Shown here in pieces: positions 9,338-19,771 of a DNA stretch of 64,000 nt. This stretch comes from a virus, in the IMG/VR virus record IMGVR_UViG_3300046355_000046, positions 1-64,000 of that record, one strand, 5' to 3'. Positions within the stretch are counted from its first letter, which is position 1, and each line of letters begins with the position of its first letter. The notes under the pieces were generated by a model. The model made no database searches, was not told the origin of the DNA, and saw nothing but the letters and a program-made list of their open reading frames with translations. The position numbers and the translations under genes were made by a program.

Positions 9338-11491
9338 ATGGGAAAAAATACACAGATAGCTGAATTAATAAATTACATTTCCGTTAACGGAAGTGGTGAC
9401 ATTGTCATGACCGGTAATCTTATTATGCCAGGTGGTGCACAAGCAGCTACTCAATCATATGTAAATACTGCTATATCTAATCTAGTTAATGCAGCACCTA
9501 CTGCTTTAGATACTCTTAAAGAGTTAGCTACAGCTCTTAATAATGATGCTTCATTTGCTACTACAGTTACAAACAGTATAGCTTCTAAGTTAGCTTTATC
9601 TGGTGGTACTCTTACTGGTCAATTAAGTGGCACTAATGCTAGATTCTTTGGATCACAAGCTTATTATGCAGAAGTTAGTGCAGATTCTGCTGGTGGTTTT
9701 ATACAAGCATATAATGCTTCTACATTAAAGTATCAACCATATTTAATATATGGAGGTAGTAATACAACTGGATTTTCTTTAATCACAGTAAATAATTCAG
9801 GGACTTCTTTTAGTGGAAGTGTAGCTATTGGTACATCATCTGCACCAGGTTTTCCACTTGACTTAGTAACGTCTACTGTTGGAACATTTAATACAATTGC
9901 TCAATTTCAAAATACAGATTATACTGCTAACAATAGAGCATTTATTAGAGTTAGGCAATGGGCAAGTGCCGGTGGTTCATACAGTTCATATTTTGGTACA
10001 GGTCAAGATGGTAATCTTTATGTAATAGCTAATAACTCTGCAAGAGGTGGAGATTTAATTATTAATGCTGGTAATGGTTACTTAGGTTTAGGAACTAATA
10101 ACCCAGTTTCTAAATTAGACATTAATGGTGGAAATATACGTCTTGGAGAATATTTAAACAGTGCATCTTCTTTAATTGGTAAACAAAGATCAGCTACTGG
10201 GGTGTTTTATTCTTCTATAGAATTCTATTCAACTACTTCAGAAGATGTTATTATATTTAATACTCACCTATCTGGAGTATCAGCAGGAGAAAGAGTTCGT
10301 ATTACTGGTTCAGGTAACATGGGTGTTGGTGATGTAAGCCCAAGTCAAAAGTTAACTGTTGCTGGATCAATAAAAATGAATCAAGATGCTGCTTTAAGAG
10401 CAGGGTCTTCAGATAACTGGATTATTGGTCAAGATTCTGGTACTAACATTATACATCTTGGCTCTGCTTCAGTTGCTAATGATATAAGATTTGACTCCTC
10501 AAATCAAGCAGGTAATGTTATAATTAAATCAAATGGTAGACTTGGTATAAATACTATAGATCCGGCAACAACATTTGATGTTAATGGAGCTATGGGTTTA
10601 CGTGGAGGTAATTATTTTTACTTTGGTCATACAACTTCAAATATTGGTGGATGGACAACAAGAATGTACGCAAATGGTGCTACACATGTGTTTAATGCAA
10701 ATGGTTTTGCTTTTACTAATGAAGGATATGGTTCAACTACATGGTTAGGAATTAATAGTTCTGGTACTGCTACTTTTTCTGGAGCAGTGAACGTAAATAA
10801 TTCTATAACCACAACTCATTCTTTATTCTCTACAAGAAATATACTTGCTGGAGATCCTACACCTTTGCATTTAAACTACTCATCATCTGATGGTGTAGGA
10901 CCTGCTATAAGACTTGGTTCTGGAGCAAATGGATTTTGGGATATACAACCAAGTAGTAATAATACAAGATTATCTTTTGAGTGGACTGATAGTACCAATA
11001 CTTTAAATTTATATTCAAATGGTAGTGTATCAATAGGTTCAGCAATATCTAACGTCTCAAATAAGTTAGCAGTTAGTGGTGCAATTAGAGCTAATAGATC
11101 AGTATTTGCTTGGTATCAAGGCGGTACAAATAACTGGGATAATTATAATTACTTACACTTAAAAACAAATTTGTATGCTGGTGGTGCAGGTAATACTCAA
11201 TATACTATGTCTTTATTTTATGGAAGATATTATTCATATACTGGAAGTATAAGAGAAGGGCATCAAGGTTGGCATAATTGGAGTGGATCACTTTATAGTA
11301 TAGCAACAACAGGTACATTCTGGGGTTCTCCTTATGTATCATCAGATGGGTATGTTGTTTTAGTTGTTAATATTGCTTCTGGTAACTATTTAGGAATAAC
11401 TATTGACTGGCATCAAGCATATGAATATCCATTTAGAGATAATTATGTAACAAATGTTATTCAGTCAAATAGTGCAAGTGGTGTTTATTAA
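9338..11491 (+). CDS. Tail fibre protein (717 aa)
   Basis: LVNAAPTALDTLKELATALNNDASFATTV shaft motif; several GxxGxGTxxP...LDV repeats. Confidence 0.85.
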   Translation: MGKNTQIAELINYISVNGSGDIVMTGNLIMPGGAQAATQSYVNTAISNLVNAAPTALDTLKELATALNNDASFATTVTNSIASKLALSGGTLTGQLSGTNARFFGSQAYYAEVSADSAGGFIQAYNASTLKYQPYLIYGGSNTTGFSLITVNNSGTSFSGSVAIGTSSAPGFPLDLVTSTVGTFNTIAQFQNTDYTANNRAFIRVRQWASAGGSYSSYFGTGQDGNLYVIANNSARGGDLIINAGNGYLGLGTNNPVSKLDINGGNIRLGEYLNSASSLIGKQRSATGVFYSSIEFYSTTSEDVIIFNTHLSGVSAGERVRITGSGNMGVGDVSPSQKLTVAGSIKMNQDAALRAGSSDNWIIGQDSGTNIIHLGSASVANDIRFDSSNQAGNVIIKSNGRLGINTIDPATTFDVNGAMGLRGGNYFYFGHTTSNIGGWTTRMYANGATHVFNANGFAFTNEGYGSTTWLGINSSGTATFSGAVNVNNSITTTHSLFSTRNILAGDPTPLHLNYSSSDGVGPAIRLGSGANGFWDIQPSSNNTRLSFEWTDSTNTLNLYSNGSVSIGSAISNVSNKLAVSGAIRANRSVFAWYQGGTNNWDNYNYLHLKTNLYAGGAGNTQYTMSLFYGRYYSYTGSIREGHQGWHNWSGSLYSIATTGTFWGSPYVSSDGYVVLVVNIASGNYLGITIDWHQAYEYPFRDNYVTNVIQSNSASGVY

Positions 11492-11502
11492 AAAATAATA
11501 TT

Positions 11503-11622
11503 ATGACAATTAACATTAATGATATTAAGTTTCCATATGTAGCAGAAGGTGATCGTGTATTACACGAAGATGGTAAATGGTACGTATATACAAACGGAAC
11601 TTGGATAGTAGAAAATAATTAA
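11503..11622 (+). CDS. Small 39-aa protein, missing from ORF track
   Basis: MTININDIKFPYVAEGDRVLHEDGKWYVYTNGTWIVENN*; fills the gap and ends 2 nt before the next ATG. Confidence 0.7.
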   Translation: MTININDIKFPYVAEGDRVLHEDGKWYVYTNGTWIVENN

Positions 11623-11624
11623 TT

Positions 11625-13328
11625 ATGGCACAAACTCGTGATACAGGATTTTTAAGAAACCTCATCAGCTATGATGCTAGTGGTAATATAGTATTACCAG
11701 CTAATCTTACTGTGACCGGTAGTTTATTAACTAGTGGAGGAGCAACCTATGCTACACAGTCCTATGTTACAACACAGATGAGTAATTTAGTTAACGCAGC
11801 TCCTGGAGCACTAGATACTCTAAACGAGCTTGCCGCTGCATTGGGTAATGATGCTAACTTCTCTACTACTGTAACTAATAGTATTGCAACTAAACTAGCT
11901 CTTAGTGGAGGCACACTTACGGGAGCTTTAAGCGGTACAAGTGCTACGTTTAGTGCTAACACTTCAGGAGGTTTCGCTGGATTAACTTTAGCAAATGCGG
12001 GAACTGGAGCAGCTCAAATTTATCTGAATAATTCGGCTCAATCTTGGATTGTTAATTTAAGAACGGATAATCATTTTAGTGTTTTTAATGCTACTAGTTC
12101 AACTACTCCTTTTTTAATTAATACCACAGGCGCAGCCACGTTTTCGAGTAGTGTTACGGCAGGAGCATTTACTCCTAGTTATAGCACATCATACTTTGGA
12201 ACAGATGGAACTATTTCAAATTATAGTGCTGCAAATTATATGTATGTAAATGGTACGGGCGGACTTAGATTAAAAGCTGAGGGTGTTGGTTATCAGAAAA
12301 TAGTATTGGAGGGTGGAACATCAAATGATGTTTGGTTTACGACTGCCAATACCGAACGTATGCGGATTACTAGCGCTGGCAACGTAGGCATCGGAACGAC
12401 GGCGCCTGCTTATAATTTATCAGTAGCTAGTTATTTAGGCGTTGGTGCTCAAGGTGGAGGTGATATAGTATTAATAGGTGGAGGTTCTGGAGTAGGAGCT
12501 TTTATTCAATTAAGATATGCAACTGGAACTACAAACGTACATTTAGCTGGTAATGGTAACTCTTACTTAAATGCTTATTATGGTAATACTGGCATTGGTA
12601 CTACAAATCCAGCATCTACATTATCTGTTCAAGGAGAGATAGCTAAATATTGTACAACATCTGGTGTTGATGGAAACTTTCAAAATTTAATAAAGTATGG
12701 GTATAATTCTGATTTACAAAGTGGTAACTCTAATGCAAATAGATGGTTAGGAATAGATGCAACTGTAACAGCTGGAGCAGCAGTTATTAATACATTAAGA
12801 ATCAGGGCTTATGGTGGAGGAAGTGGAAACGCAGTTCCTGTAAATGTTGCTGATTTTAGAGGAGATCAGTCATCTGTATTTTATGGATATATAAAACATA
12901 CTACAAGAGTATTTAGTGGTAACTCATATGTAGGTAATCTTTCTCCTAATCTTAATACTGCGTATAGTAGAAACTATTTACTTGTTTGTGATCTAAATAA
13001 TATAGCTGGATTTTCTCTTAGTGGTCATATGAATGCAGCATCTTATGCGTGTTGGAATATGTCTTCTTTTTGGATTATGAAAAACTACTCATCAACAAAT
13101 GGATCTGCTGGTATTACAGGTATGTATAAAGGTGGAGGTTGTGATATGAATATTGTAGATTTAAACTATGCTGGTGGAAGATATATTGCAATAGGTTATA
13201 CAAGTAATCCTGAAGTAAATGGAATGTGGATTGGTTATAGAGTAAATCATTTACTAAATGCGGATGGTAGTGCAATTGTAGTACCAGATAGTAGTGTATC
13301 TATAAATTCAACATATGCTACATATTAA
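11625..13328 (+). CDS. Tail fibre protein (567 aa)
   Basis: Same APxALDTLNELAAALGND motif; ERMRITSAGNVGIGTTAP repeats. Confidence 0.85.
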   Translation: MAQTRDTGFLRNLISYDASGNIVLPANLTVTGSLLTSGGATYATQSYVTTQMSNLVNAAPGALDTLNELAAALGNDANFSTTVTNSIATKLALSGGTLTGALSGTSATFSANTSGGFAGLTLANAGTGAAQIYLNNSAQSWIVNLRTDNHFSVFNATSSTTPFLINTTGAATFSSSVTAGAFTPSYSTSYFGTDGTISNYSAANYMYVNGTGGLRLKAEGVGYQKIVLEGGTSNDVWFTTANTERMRITSAGNVGIGTTAPAYNLSVASYLGVGAQGGGDIVLIGGGSGVGAFIQLRYATGTTNVHLAGNGNSYLNAYYGNTGIGTTNPASTLSVQGEIAKYCTTSGVDGNFQNLIKYGYNSDLQSGNSNANRWLGIDATVTAGAAVINTLRIRAYGGGSGNAVPVNVADFRGDQSSVFYGYIKHTTRVFSGNSYVGNLSPNLNTAYSRNYLLVCDLNNIAGFSLSGHMNAASYACWNMSSFWIMKNYSSTNGSAGITGMYKGGGCDMNIVDLNYAGGRYIAIGYTSNPEVNGMWIGYRVNHLLNADGSAIVVPDSSVSINSTYATY

Positions 13329-13355
13329 AAAATAGAATAATAATAACTACATATA

Positions 13356-15971
13356 ATGAACAAACAAAGGAAGACCTCCCATATACTTAATGTATTTCAG
13401 TATGATGCTGATGGACACGTTGTGTTACCAGCAAGTCTTACTTTGAGTATAGCTCCGGGAACAGGGGATAATAATTCTAAAGTACCTACTACAGCATGGG
13501 TGCGTACATATGTATCTGGCCTGTCTTATGCTACTTCTGCTTCTGTAACGTCAGCTATAGCAGCTCTGGTAGATGCAGCTCCGAGTACGTTAGATACCCT
13601 TAATGAACTGGCAGCAGCCCTGGGAGATGATCCTAACTTTGCTACTACTATTGCTACCTCTATAGGAGGAAAGCTTGCTTTAACAGGGGGTACACTAACA
13701 GGAGATCTGACTTTATCTGGCATTAACCCGCGTCTTTACTTTACAGATACAGACAACAACCCGGATTACTTTATCAGTAACACGGATGGTACCTTTACTG
13801 TATATGACGTTACTAACTCAGTAGGAAGATTTAAGATCTATACAACAGGTCATGCTGAGTTTAGTAATAACCTAACAGCAGCATCTTTTATAAAGAGTGG
13901 TGGTACGGCAGCTCAGTTCCTTAAAGCGGATGGATCTGTTGATGCATCTACTTATCTGACAGGAATTACATCTAGTCAGGTAACAACCGCTTTGGGGTAT
14001 ACACCTTATAACATCTCTAACCCTGCTGGATACATAACAGGTATAACAAGTGCTAATGTAACTACAGCTCTTGGGTATACTCCTTACAATGCTACTAATC
14101 CTTCCGGATATACTACTAACACAGGTACAGTTACAACTGTATTTGGTGCAGGTTCATATGGTGGATTAACTCTTACTGGTACAGTAACTACAACCGGTAG
14201 TCTTACATTAGGTGGTACCCCTACTGGTAACTGGCCAATTAATGTAACTGGTTCATCAGCATCTGTTGATAGAACAATATCTGGTAGTAATGAAGCAAAC
14301 CTTGTATATGCAGCTATAGCCGATAATGACTTTTTTAGAATAAGAGTTGGTGGTTCTTCTAATGCAGGATGGGTAGAGATAGCTACAGCTGATGATGGTA
14401 CAGAGCCTATTTACGTTCGCCAATACACAGGTGTATTTAGTTCTCTTACAAGAACTCTTACATTATTAGATGGATCAGGTAATACAAGTTTTCCAGGTAC
14501 AGTATCAGCTCCTACATTTAGTGGAGCATTAAGTGGTAATGCCTCAACTGCTAGTTCTATATCAGGATATAATAATCCAACTACAGCAGCTACTGCTAAT
14601 ACAATAGTATATAGAGATAGTGCTGGAGATATATATGGTCGTTATTTATTTGGAAGTTACCAAAATAGTAGTGATGATGTAAGTGCAGGAAATATAACTT
14701 ACATAATGGCTAAGTTTGGTGATAACTATCATCGATCTGCAACAGCTTCTAAAGTACAAGCATTTTTAGGTCTTAATTCTGCTGCTTATCAAAACACAGG
14801 AGCATTTTTATCAAGTAGTGGTAGTGTAACAATTAATGGTGATTTAACTGTAGGAGTAGGTGGATCAAGTAATATATACATGAACGACAGTGATGAGGGA
14901 CAACGTCAGATACATTGTAACTCTAACCGTATTGGTTTCTTAACACAAGCAGGGGCATGGGGGGCATATTGTGATGATGGTGGTAACTGGTTTGCTAATA
15001 ATTTAAGTGGTACTAATACAGGTGATCAAACTAATATATCAGGTAATGCTGGAACAGTTGGTGGTTATTCAGTTTCTACATCAGGTTCTGCAAATACTAT
15101 TCCTACAAGAAATGCAAATGGTTATTTAAGTCCAGAAAACTGGATACAACTTAATGGTCATTATGGATTATATTCTGGTACAAACGGTGCTCATTTTTAT
15201 CCTAATAATAGCAGTTATGGGTCTTGGAAGTCAATAGGAGAGAGAAATGGTTGGAGAGGTATTCATTTTGGTGAAGGTACTGGTATGACTCTAATGATGA
15301 ACGAAACAGAGTTTGGTTTTCATAGAGAAGCTCATGGTTGGTATGCAAGATTTACATCTGGACGTTTTTATGGAGCATGTGACAACATATATAATTTAGA
15401 TTATGCTTTAGGTAATGCACATAACTGGACAGGAACTAATCAGTTTTTAAGAAACAATGGAGGACAATCTGTAAATAATTCTAATACAGCAGCTTTACAA
15501 GCATACTCTACAGGTAATAACTCAGCATTTATGTCATTCCATAAAGGAGGACATTATGCTATTAACATGGGTTTAGATGATGACAACGTATTTAGAATAG
15601 GTGGGTGGTCTGCTTCTGGTAATAGATTCCAAATGGACATGTCTGGTAATCTTACTATGGCTGGAGATGTTACAGCTTACTCAGATGCTCGTGTAAAAGA
15701 AAACATAGTTACTGTAGATGATGCATTAAATAAAGTTTTAGCTTTGCGTGGTGTGTATTATAATAGAATAGATTCTGATGATAAAAAAACAAAGATTGGT
15801 GTAATTGCTCAAGAAACTTTACAAGTAGTTCCAGAAGTTGTTAATCAAGATAATGATGGAATGTTTAATGTTTCTTATGGTAACTTAGCTGGATTATTTA
15901 TTGAGGCATTTAAAGAACAACAGAAACAGATTGAAGAACTTAAATCTATAATCAATGGCCTTACAAGGTAG
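13356..15971 (+). CDS. Tail fibre with C-terminal intramolecular chaperone (peptidase S74-like) (871 aa)
   Basis: APSTLDTLNELAAALGDD motif; C-terminal YSDARVKENI...LRGVYY...IGVIAQE...VPEVV...V.YG plus coiled coil. Confidence 0.9.
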   Translation: MNKQRKTSHILNVFQYDADGHVVLPASLTLSIAPGTGDNNSKVPTTAWVRTYVSGLSYATSASVTSAIAALVDAAPSTLDTLNELAAALGDDPNFATTIATSIGGKLALTGGTLTGDLTLSGINPRLYFTDTDNNPDYFISNTDGTFTVYDVTNSVGRFKIYTTGHAEFSNNLTAASFIKSGGTAAQFLKADGSVDASTYLTGITSSQVTTALGYTPYNISNPAGYITGITSANVTTALGYTPYNATNPSGYTTNTGTVTTVFGAGSYGGLTLTGTVTTTGSLTLGGTPTGNWPINVTGSSASVDRTISGSNEANLVYAAIADNDFFRIRVGGSSNAGWVEIATADDGTEPIYVRQYTGVFSSLTRTLTLLDGSGNTSFPGTVSAPTFSGALSGNASTASSISGYNNPTTAATANTIVYRDSAGDIYGRYLFGSYQNSSDDVSAGNITYIMAKFGDNYHRSATASKVQAFLGLNSAAYQNTGAFLSSSGSVTINGDLTVGVGGSSNIYMNDSDEGQRQIHCNSNRIGFLTQAGAWGAYCDDGGNWFANNLSGTNTGDQTNISGNAGTVGGYSVSTSGSANTIPTRNANGYLSPENWIQLNGHYGLYSGTNGAHFYPNNSSYGSWKSIGERNGWRGIHFGEGTGMTLMMNETEFGFHREAHGWYARFTSGRFYGACDNIYNLDYALGNAHNWTGTNQFLRNNGGQSVNNSNTAALQAYSTGNNSAFMSFHKGGHYAINMGLDDDNVFRIGGWSASGNRFQMDMSGNLTMAGDVTAYSDARVKENIVTVDDALNKVLALRGVYYNRIDSDDKKTKIGVIAQETLQVVPEVVNQDNDGMFNVSYGNLAGLFIEAFKEQQKQIEELKSIINGLTR

Positions 15972-16506
15972 TGGAGCTATAAGCTTAAGTCAAATTAGAA
16001 ATGAGATGGTAGCTGCTGGAAATAGTAGTTACAGTCTTCGTTCTCTAAGTTCAACTGCTGGCAAAGGTACACCTGACTCTATGAGTGAGTTCTATGGTTA
16101 CGCTAGTGCTACTGATGTATATATAGAAGTATATGAACCAGGTGGTGAATTCTGGGAAGGATGTTATGATCCAGGTTATTATGCAGGTGGATGGTATGGT
16201 GACCATTGGGCTTATATGTACAATTACTCAACTGGTTGGGCTGATACTTTAACATTTGGTGGTAGTTATGGATTTACAGTTAAATCAGGTCAACAGATAT
16301 TAGTAACATCTAATTTCCAGCATATTAGCTCTGATACAGGTTGTGGTATGGCATATCAATGTTATGTATCTAGAAGTGGTGTTGGAGATGTAGCAACTTC
16401 GTTTCCGTTTACTGTTGGAAGTAATGGTGAAGCAAGCTATGTATTTACTCCTCCTATAAATAGTCCTTCAATCTATTTAACATCGTGGATAAGAAGAGTC
16501 GCATAA
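15955..16506 (+). CDS. Fibre-tip/adhesin-like protein
   Basis: N-terminal MALQGSGAISLSQIRNE...SMSEFYGY motif often follows S74-type fibres; aromatic-rich C-terminus; 17-nt overlap with the fibre gene. Confidence 0.55.
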   Translation: MALQGSGAISLSQIRNEMVAAGNSSYSLRSLSSTAGKGTPDSMSEFYGYASATDVYIEVYEPGGEFWEGCYDPGYYAGGWYGDHWAYMYNYSTGWADTLTFGGSYGFTVKSGQQILVTSNFQHISSDTGCGMAYQCYVSRSGVGDVATSFPFTVGSNGEASYVFTPPINSPSIYLTSWIRRVA

Positions 16507-16525
16507 AACTTAAAATATAAATAAA

Positions 16526-17014
16526 ATGGCATTAAAAATTACAAGTCAGATTGGTACAAACCGTGGTTTAACGTCTGAGGCATATATTAGAATTGGTAGT
16601 TATGATATACTAAAATCAGGAGAACTTCAGTTATGGCTTCAGATTTATCAAAATGAAACTGATGCTAATCAACCCGTAGGAGAAACTCCTTTGTATAAAG
16701 AATCTGTTAGTCTTGAGATTGGTAGTATTGTTAAAGTTCCTTTATTAAAACAACTTACTAGATCAGTAACTAAAGTTGAGTTAATAGATGAAGTTCAAAC
16801 AATTATTGTTCCTAAACTTGAAAATGGTGTTCAAGTAGGGACTGAAGAAAAAGAGATTACTAAAAAAGTACCTCAAGAGGTTACTGTAGAAGAACCATAT
16901 AGTATTCCTGATATGTCAATTATTGAAGGTCAAGACATTTTTGCTTTTGGATATACTAAGTTAAGAGAACATTTAGTGATGTTATTTGGAGAAGAAAATA
17001 TTGTAGATTGCTAA
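16526..17014 (+). CDS. Fibre accessory protein, paralogue A
   Basis: MALKITSQIGTxxGxTSEAYxRI...FGYTxL...LFGxxNxVxC, paralogous to 20464..20970. Confidence 0.6.
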   Translation: MALKITSQIGTNRGLTSEAYIRIGSYDILKSGELQLWLQIYQNETDANQPVGETPLYKESVSLEIGSIVKVPLLKQLTRSVTKVELIDEVQTIIVPKLENGVQVGTEEKEITKKVPQEVTVEEPYSIPDMSIIEGQDIFAFGYTKLREHLVMLFGEENIVDC

Positions 17015-17033
17015 TAGTAAAATAATATAAATT

Positions 17034-18815
17034 TTGATTAGTACTGACTCATACGGCAACACATATTTCCCAGCAGGAGTATCTGCAGGTAACTATCCTA
17101 TTACTGTTAATACACCTACACATGTATTAGTAGCAGGAGCAGGTGGTATTATATCTAAAGTAGCTACTAGTCAGTTGATTAGTAATACAGATGTAACTTC
17201 TGTGTTTGGTAGACAAGGTGCTATTACAGCTTTACCCGGTGATTATGATACTGATATGGTAAAGGAGCAAACAAACCTTTACTTTAGCAACGCTAGAGCT
17301 AGGGCTGCTTTATCAGTAACTACTGTAGGAAGTACTGGGCCTGCTACATATAATGCACTTACTGGTGTAATTAATATTCCTCAATATCAAAATGAATTTA
17401 ATGGTGTTAGTAGTTTTAATACTCGCACTGGAGCAGTAACGCTTACAGCACTTGATGTAACTACTGCTCTTACTTATACACCTATAGCTGTAGAGACAGA
17501 TCCTATATGGGCAGCACAAAAAGTATTGTATTATACTAAAGTACAAGCTGATGGTCTATTTTCATTAATAGGTCATACTCATTCAATAGCTAATATTACT
17601 GGTTTACAAACTGCATTAGATGGTAAAGAACCAAGTATTGCATCAGGTACGACTAGTCAGTATTGGCGTGGAGACAAAACTTGGCAGAACTTACCTGTTT
17701 ACTCTTTACCTACAGCTAGTACAACTGTATTAGGTGGTATTAAAGTAGGATCTAATTTGTCTATAGATGGTAACGGAGTTCTTTCTGCTGGTAATAGTTA
17801 TACATTACCAATTGCTTCTGCCACAGTATTGGGAGGAATAAAAGTAGGAACTAATCTTAGTATAGATGTTAATGGTGTTTTATCATCTACAGATACAAAT
17901 ACTTGGAATGCTAACTCAGTAAATGTTGCTGGGTATGTGGCAGCTCCTGGTGCTGTGACAAATAAAGTTTGGAAGACAGATGCATCTGGTAATCCGGCAT
18001 GGAGAGATGATGCTGATACTATAGTAACAAGTTTAGCATGGACTAGTATAACGGGTAGACCTACTGCATTATCTGACTTTACAAATAACTTAGGAAACTA
18101 TGGTGGTTGGGTAGTTAGAACTGGTGATACAATGACAGGTACACTTACTGTTAACACATCAGCTAGTACCAACGATGTTGCTTTATTTTATTCTGTAGAA
18201 CCACACGTTGACATTACTGCTGCTGGTGCTAGCAATACTGCTGCTCTTAGATTATTTCCTACAGATGGATATAATGCTCTTATTGGTCAGTTTAGAAGTA
18301 GCGGTAGATTAGTTTTAGTTGCATCTAATACTGAAGCTGTTTTTGTAGATAAGTCTGCAATAACAATTGGTACAGGTTCATCACTTAATTCTGAACTTAT
18401 ATTATATTCTTCTAACTATGGAAATGGTTATGCAACAAAGTTACAAGGAAGAAACAGTGATGGTAAGTTATGGTTTCAATATAGAGAAAACTCAACTACA
18501 TGGACTGATGTATTAAGCATAGGAAGCGTTGGTTTAACTGCAACAGCTTATTATGAATTTTCAGATATTAGATTTAAAAATGTATTAGAAACTAATCCAT
18601 CTGTTTTTATAGAAGGAATAGATGTAATTAAGTTTACAAGAAAAGGTGATAAACAAATTAGATACGGTTATTCAGCACAACAGATTAAAAAGATTTTACC
18701 TGATGCTGTAGAGGGTACTGATAAGCTAGTGGTAAACTATGTAGATGTACACACTCTTAAAATAGCTGCTTTAGAAAAACGTATTGCAGAACTAGAAGCT
18801 AAATTAAAAGTATAG
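17034..18815 (+). CDS. Tail fibre with C-terminal S74-like chaperone (593 aa; TTG start)
   Basis: HTHSIANITGLQTALDGK; LPxASxTVLGGIKVG twice; C-terminal FSDIRFK...YGYSAQQI...VNY plus coiled coil. Confidence 0.85.
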   Translation: MISTDSYGNTYFPAGVSAGNYPITVNTPTHVLVAGAGGIISKVATSQLISNTDVTSVFGRQGAITALPGDYDTDMVKEQTNLYFSNARARAALSVTTVGSTGPATYNALTGVINIPQYQNEFNGVSSFNTRTGAVTLTALDVTTALTYTPIAVETDPIWAAQKVLYYTKVQADGLFSLIGHTHSIANITGLQTALDGKEPSIASGTTSQYWRGDKTWQNLPVYSLPTASTTVLGGIKVGSNLSIDGNGVLSAGNSYTLPIASATVLGGIKVGTNLSIDVNGVLSSTDTNTWNANSVNVAGYVAAPGAVTNKVWKTDASGNPAWRDDADTIVTSLAWTSITGRPTALSDFTNNLGNYGGWVVRTGDTMTGTLTVNTSASTNDVALFYSVEPHVDITAAGASNTAALRLFPTDGYNALIGQFRSSGRLVLVASNTEAVFVDKSAITIGTGSSLNSELILYSSNYGNGYATKLQGRNSDGKLWFQYRENSTTWTDVLSIGSVGLTATAYYEFSDIRFKNVLETNPSVFIEGIDVIKFTRKGDKQIRYGYSAQQIKKILPDAVEGTDKLVVNYVDVHTLKIAALEKRIAELEAKLKV

Positions 18816-18819
18816 TACA

Positions 18820-19725
18820 ATGGGCATATTAGCTACAATGACAGGAATAAAAGCTTTAGGACTACAACGAAAGACTTCAATAATACCTGCAAACAGTAAT
18901 AAGTTAGTTACTAAAGGAGAATTGAATACTTACTTTTATGTAGATAATGAACAAGCAGGAATAAGTTCTTATCCGGATAATAGAATCATTACATATGAAA
19001 ATATAAGAGACGGTATATTTTCTAAACCTAGTATTCCATATTATCAGTATGATGTAACAAGAAGTGGTATTCCTGGTGCAGAAGGAGCTTTTTTTGAGTA
19101 TACAGGAACAGACGGAAGTGTTTATACTATCATGGAAGATTCTTATGGTTATGTAGGAAGGTTTTGTATGTTAGAAAATTCATATAGAAATAATCAATAT
19201 AATGTTTACTCTATATCTGAGGTTGGAGATTGTTACCCAAGTCCAATTGGATCATTTCCTCAACCATATTTATCTGGTGGATATTTATATTTTAGCAATT
19301 TAGGTATTTATCAAGTTGAAGATATCAAAGTACATCAGATAGTTGATGTTAAAAGACTTCAAGATGACACAAGAGATGCTCTTATTATAGGGGAAGCTGG
19401 TGCTGGTGCAGGTACTGGTATTGCCTTAATAGTTACAGCAGATGATGAAGAACAGGTTAATGCTGGTATTTGGGCTGTAGTAATAACTTTTTTAGTAATT
19501 GCAGGAACATGGATTTTTGGATCAGGTAAAAAAGCTACTTCTCAATTAAGATATGCAGGTCAAGGTGTTTATACTAATGGATCTTTTTCAATGGCTGGTA
19601 TTAAACTTCCATCAGGTTCAAATCAGTTTTATATATCTTACAAAGTAAATAGCGGTTATGGTTATTATGTTGCAATATTTGGATATGGAACAAATGAGTT
19701 AAGACCACCTTTAGTGACATATTAA
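18820..19725 (+). CDS. Fibre-associated protein with hydrophobic segment (301 aa)
   Basis: Follows an S74-type fibre; contains AGIWAVVITFLVIAGTWIFG. Confidence 0.45.
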   Translation: MGILATMTGIKALGLQRKTSIIPANSNKLVTKGELNTYFYVDNEQAGISSYPDNRIITYENIRDGIFSKPSIPYYQYDVTRSGIPGAEGAFFEYTGTDGSVYTIMEDSYGYVGRFCMLENSYRNNQYNVYSISEVGDCYPSPIGSFPQPYLSGGYLYFSNLGIYQVEDIKVHQIVDVKRLQDDTRDALIIGEAGAGAGTGIALIVTADDEEQVNAGIWAVVITFLVIAGTWIFGSGKKATSQLRYAGQGVYTNGSFSMAGIKLPSGSNQFYISYKVNSGYGYYVAIFGYGTNELRPPLVTY

Positions 19726-19771
19726 TAATGAATATTATGTCAGTTAGTCATTAACATTTGTGGATAACTTA

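Noticed and set aside
4278-18815. Diversity-generating retroelement acting on tail fibres
   Set aside because: No reverse transcriptase in the window, and no near-identical TR/VR pair differing only at adenines was seen. The repeats are diverged at synonymous sites.
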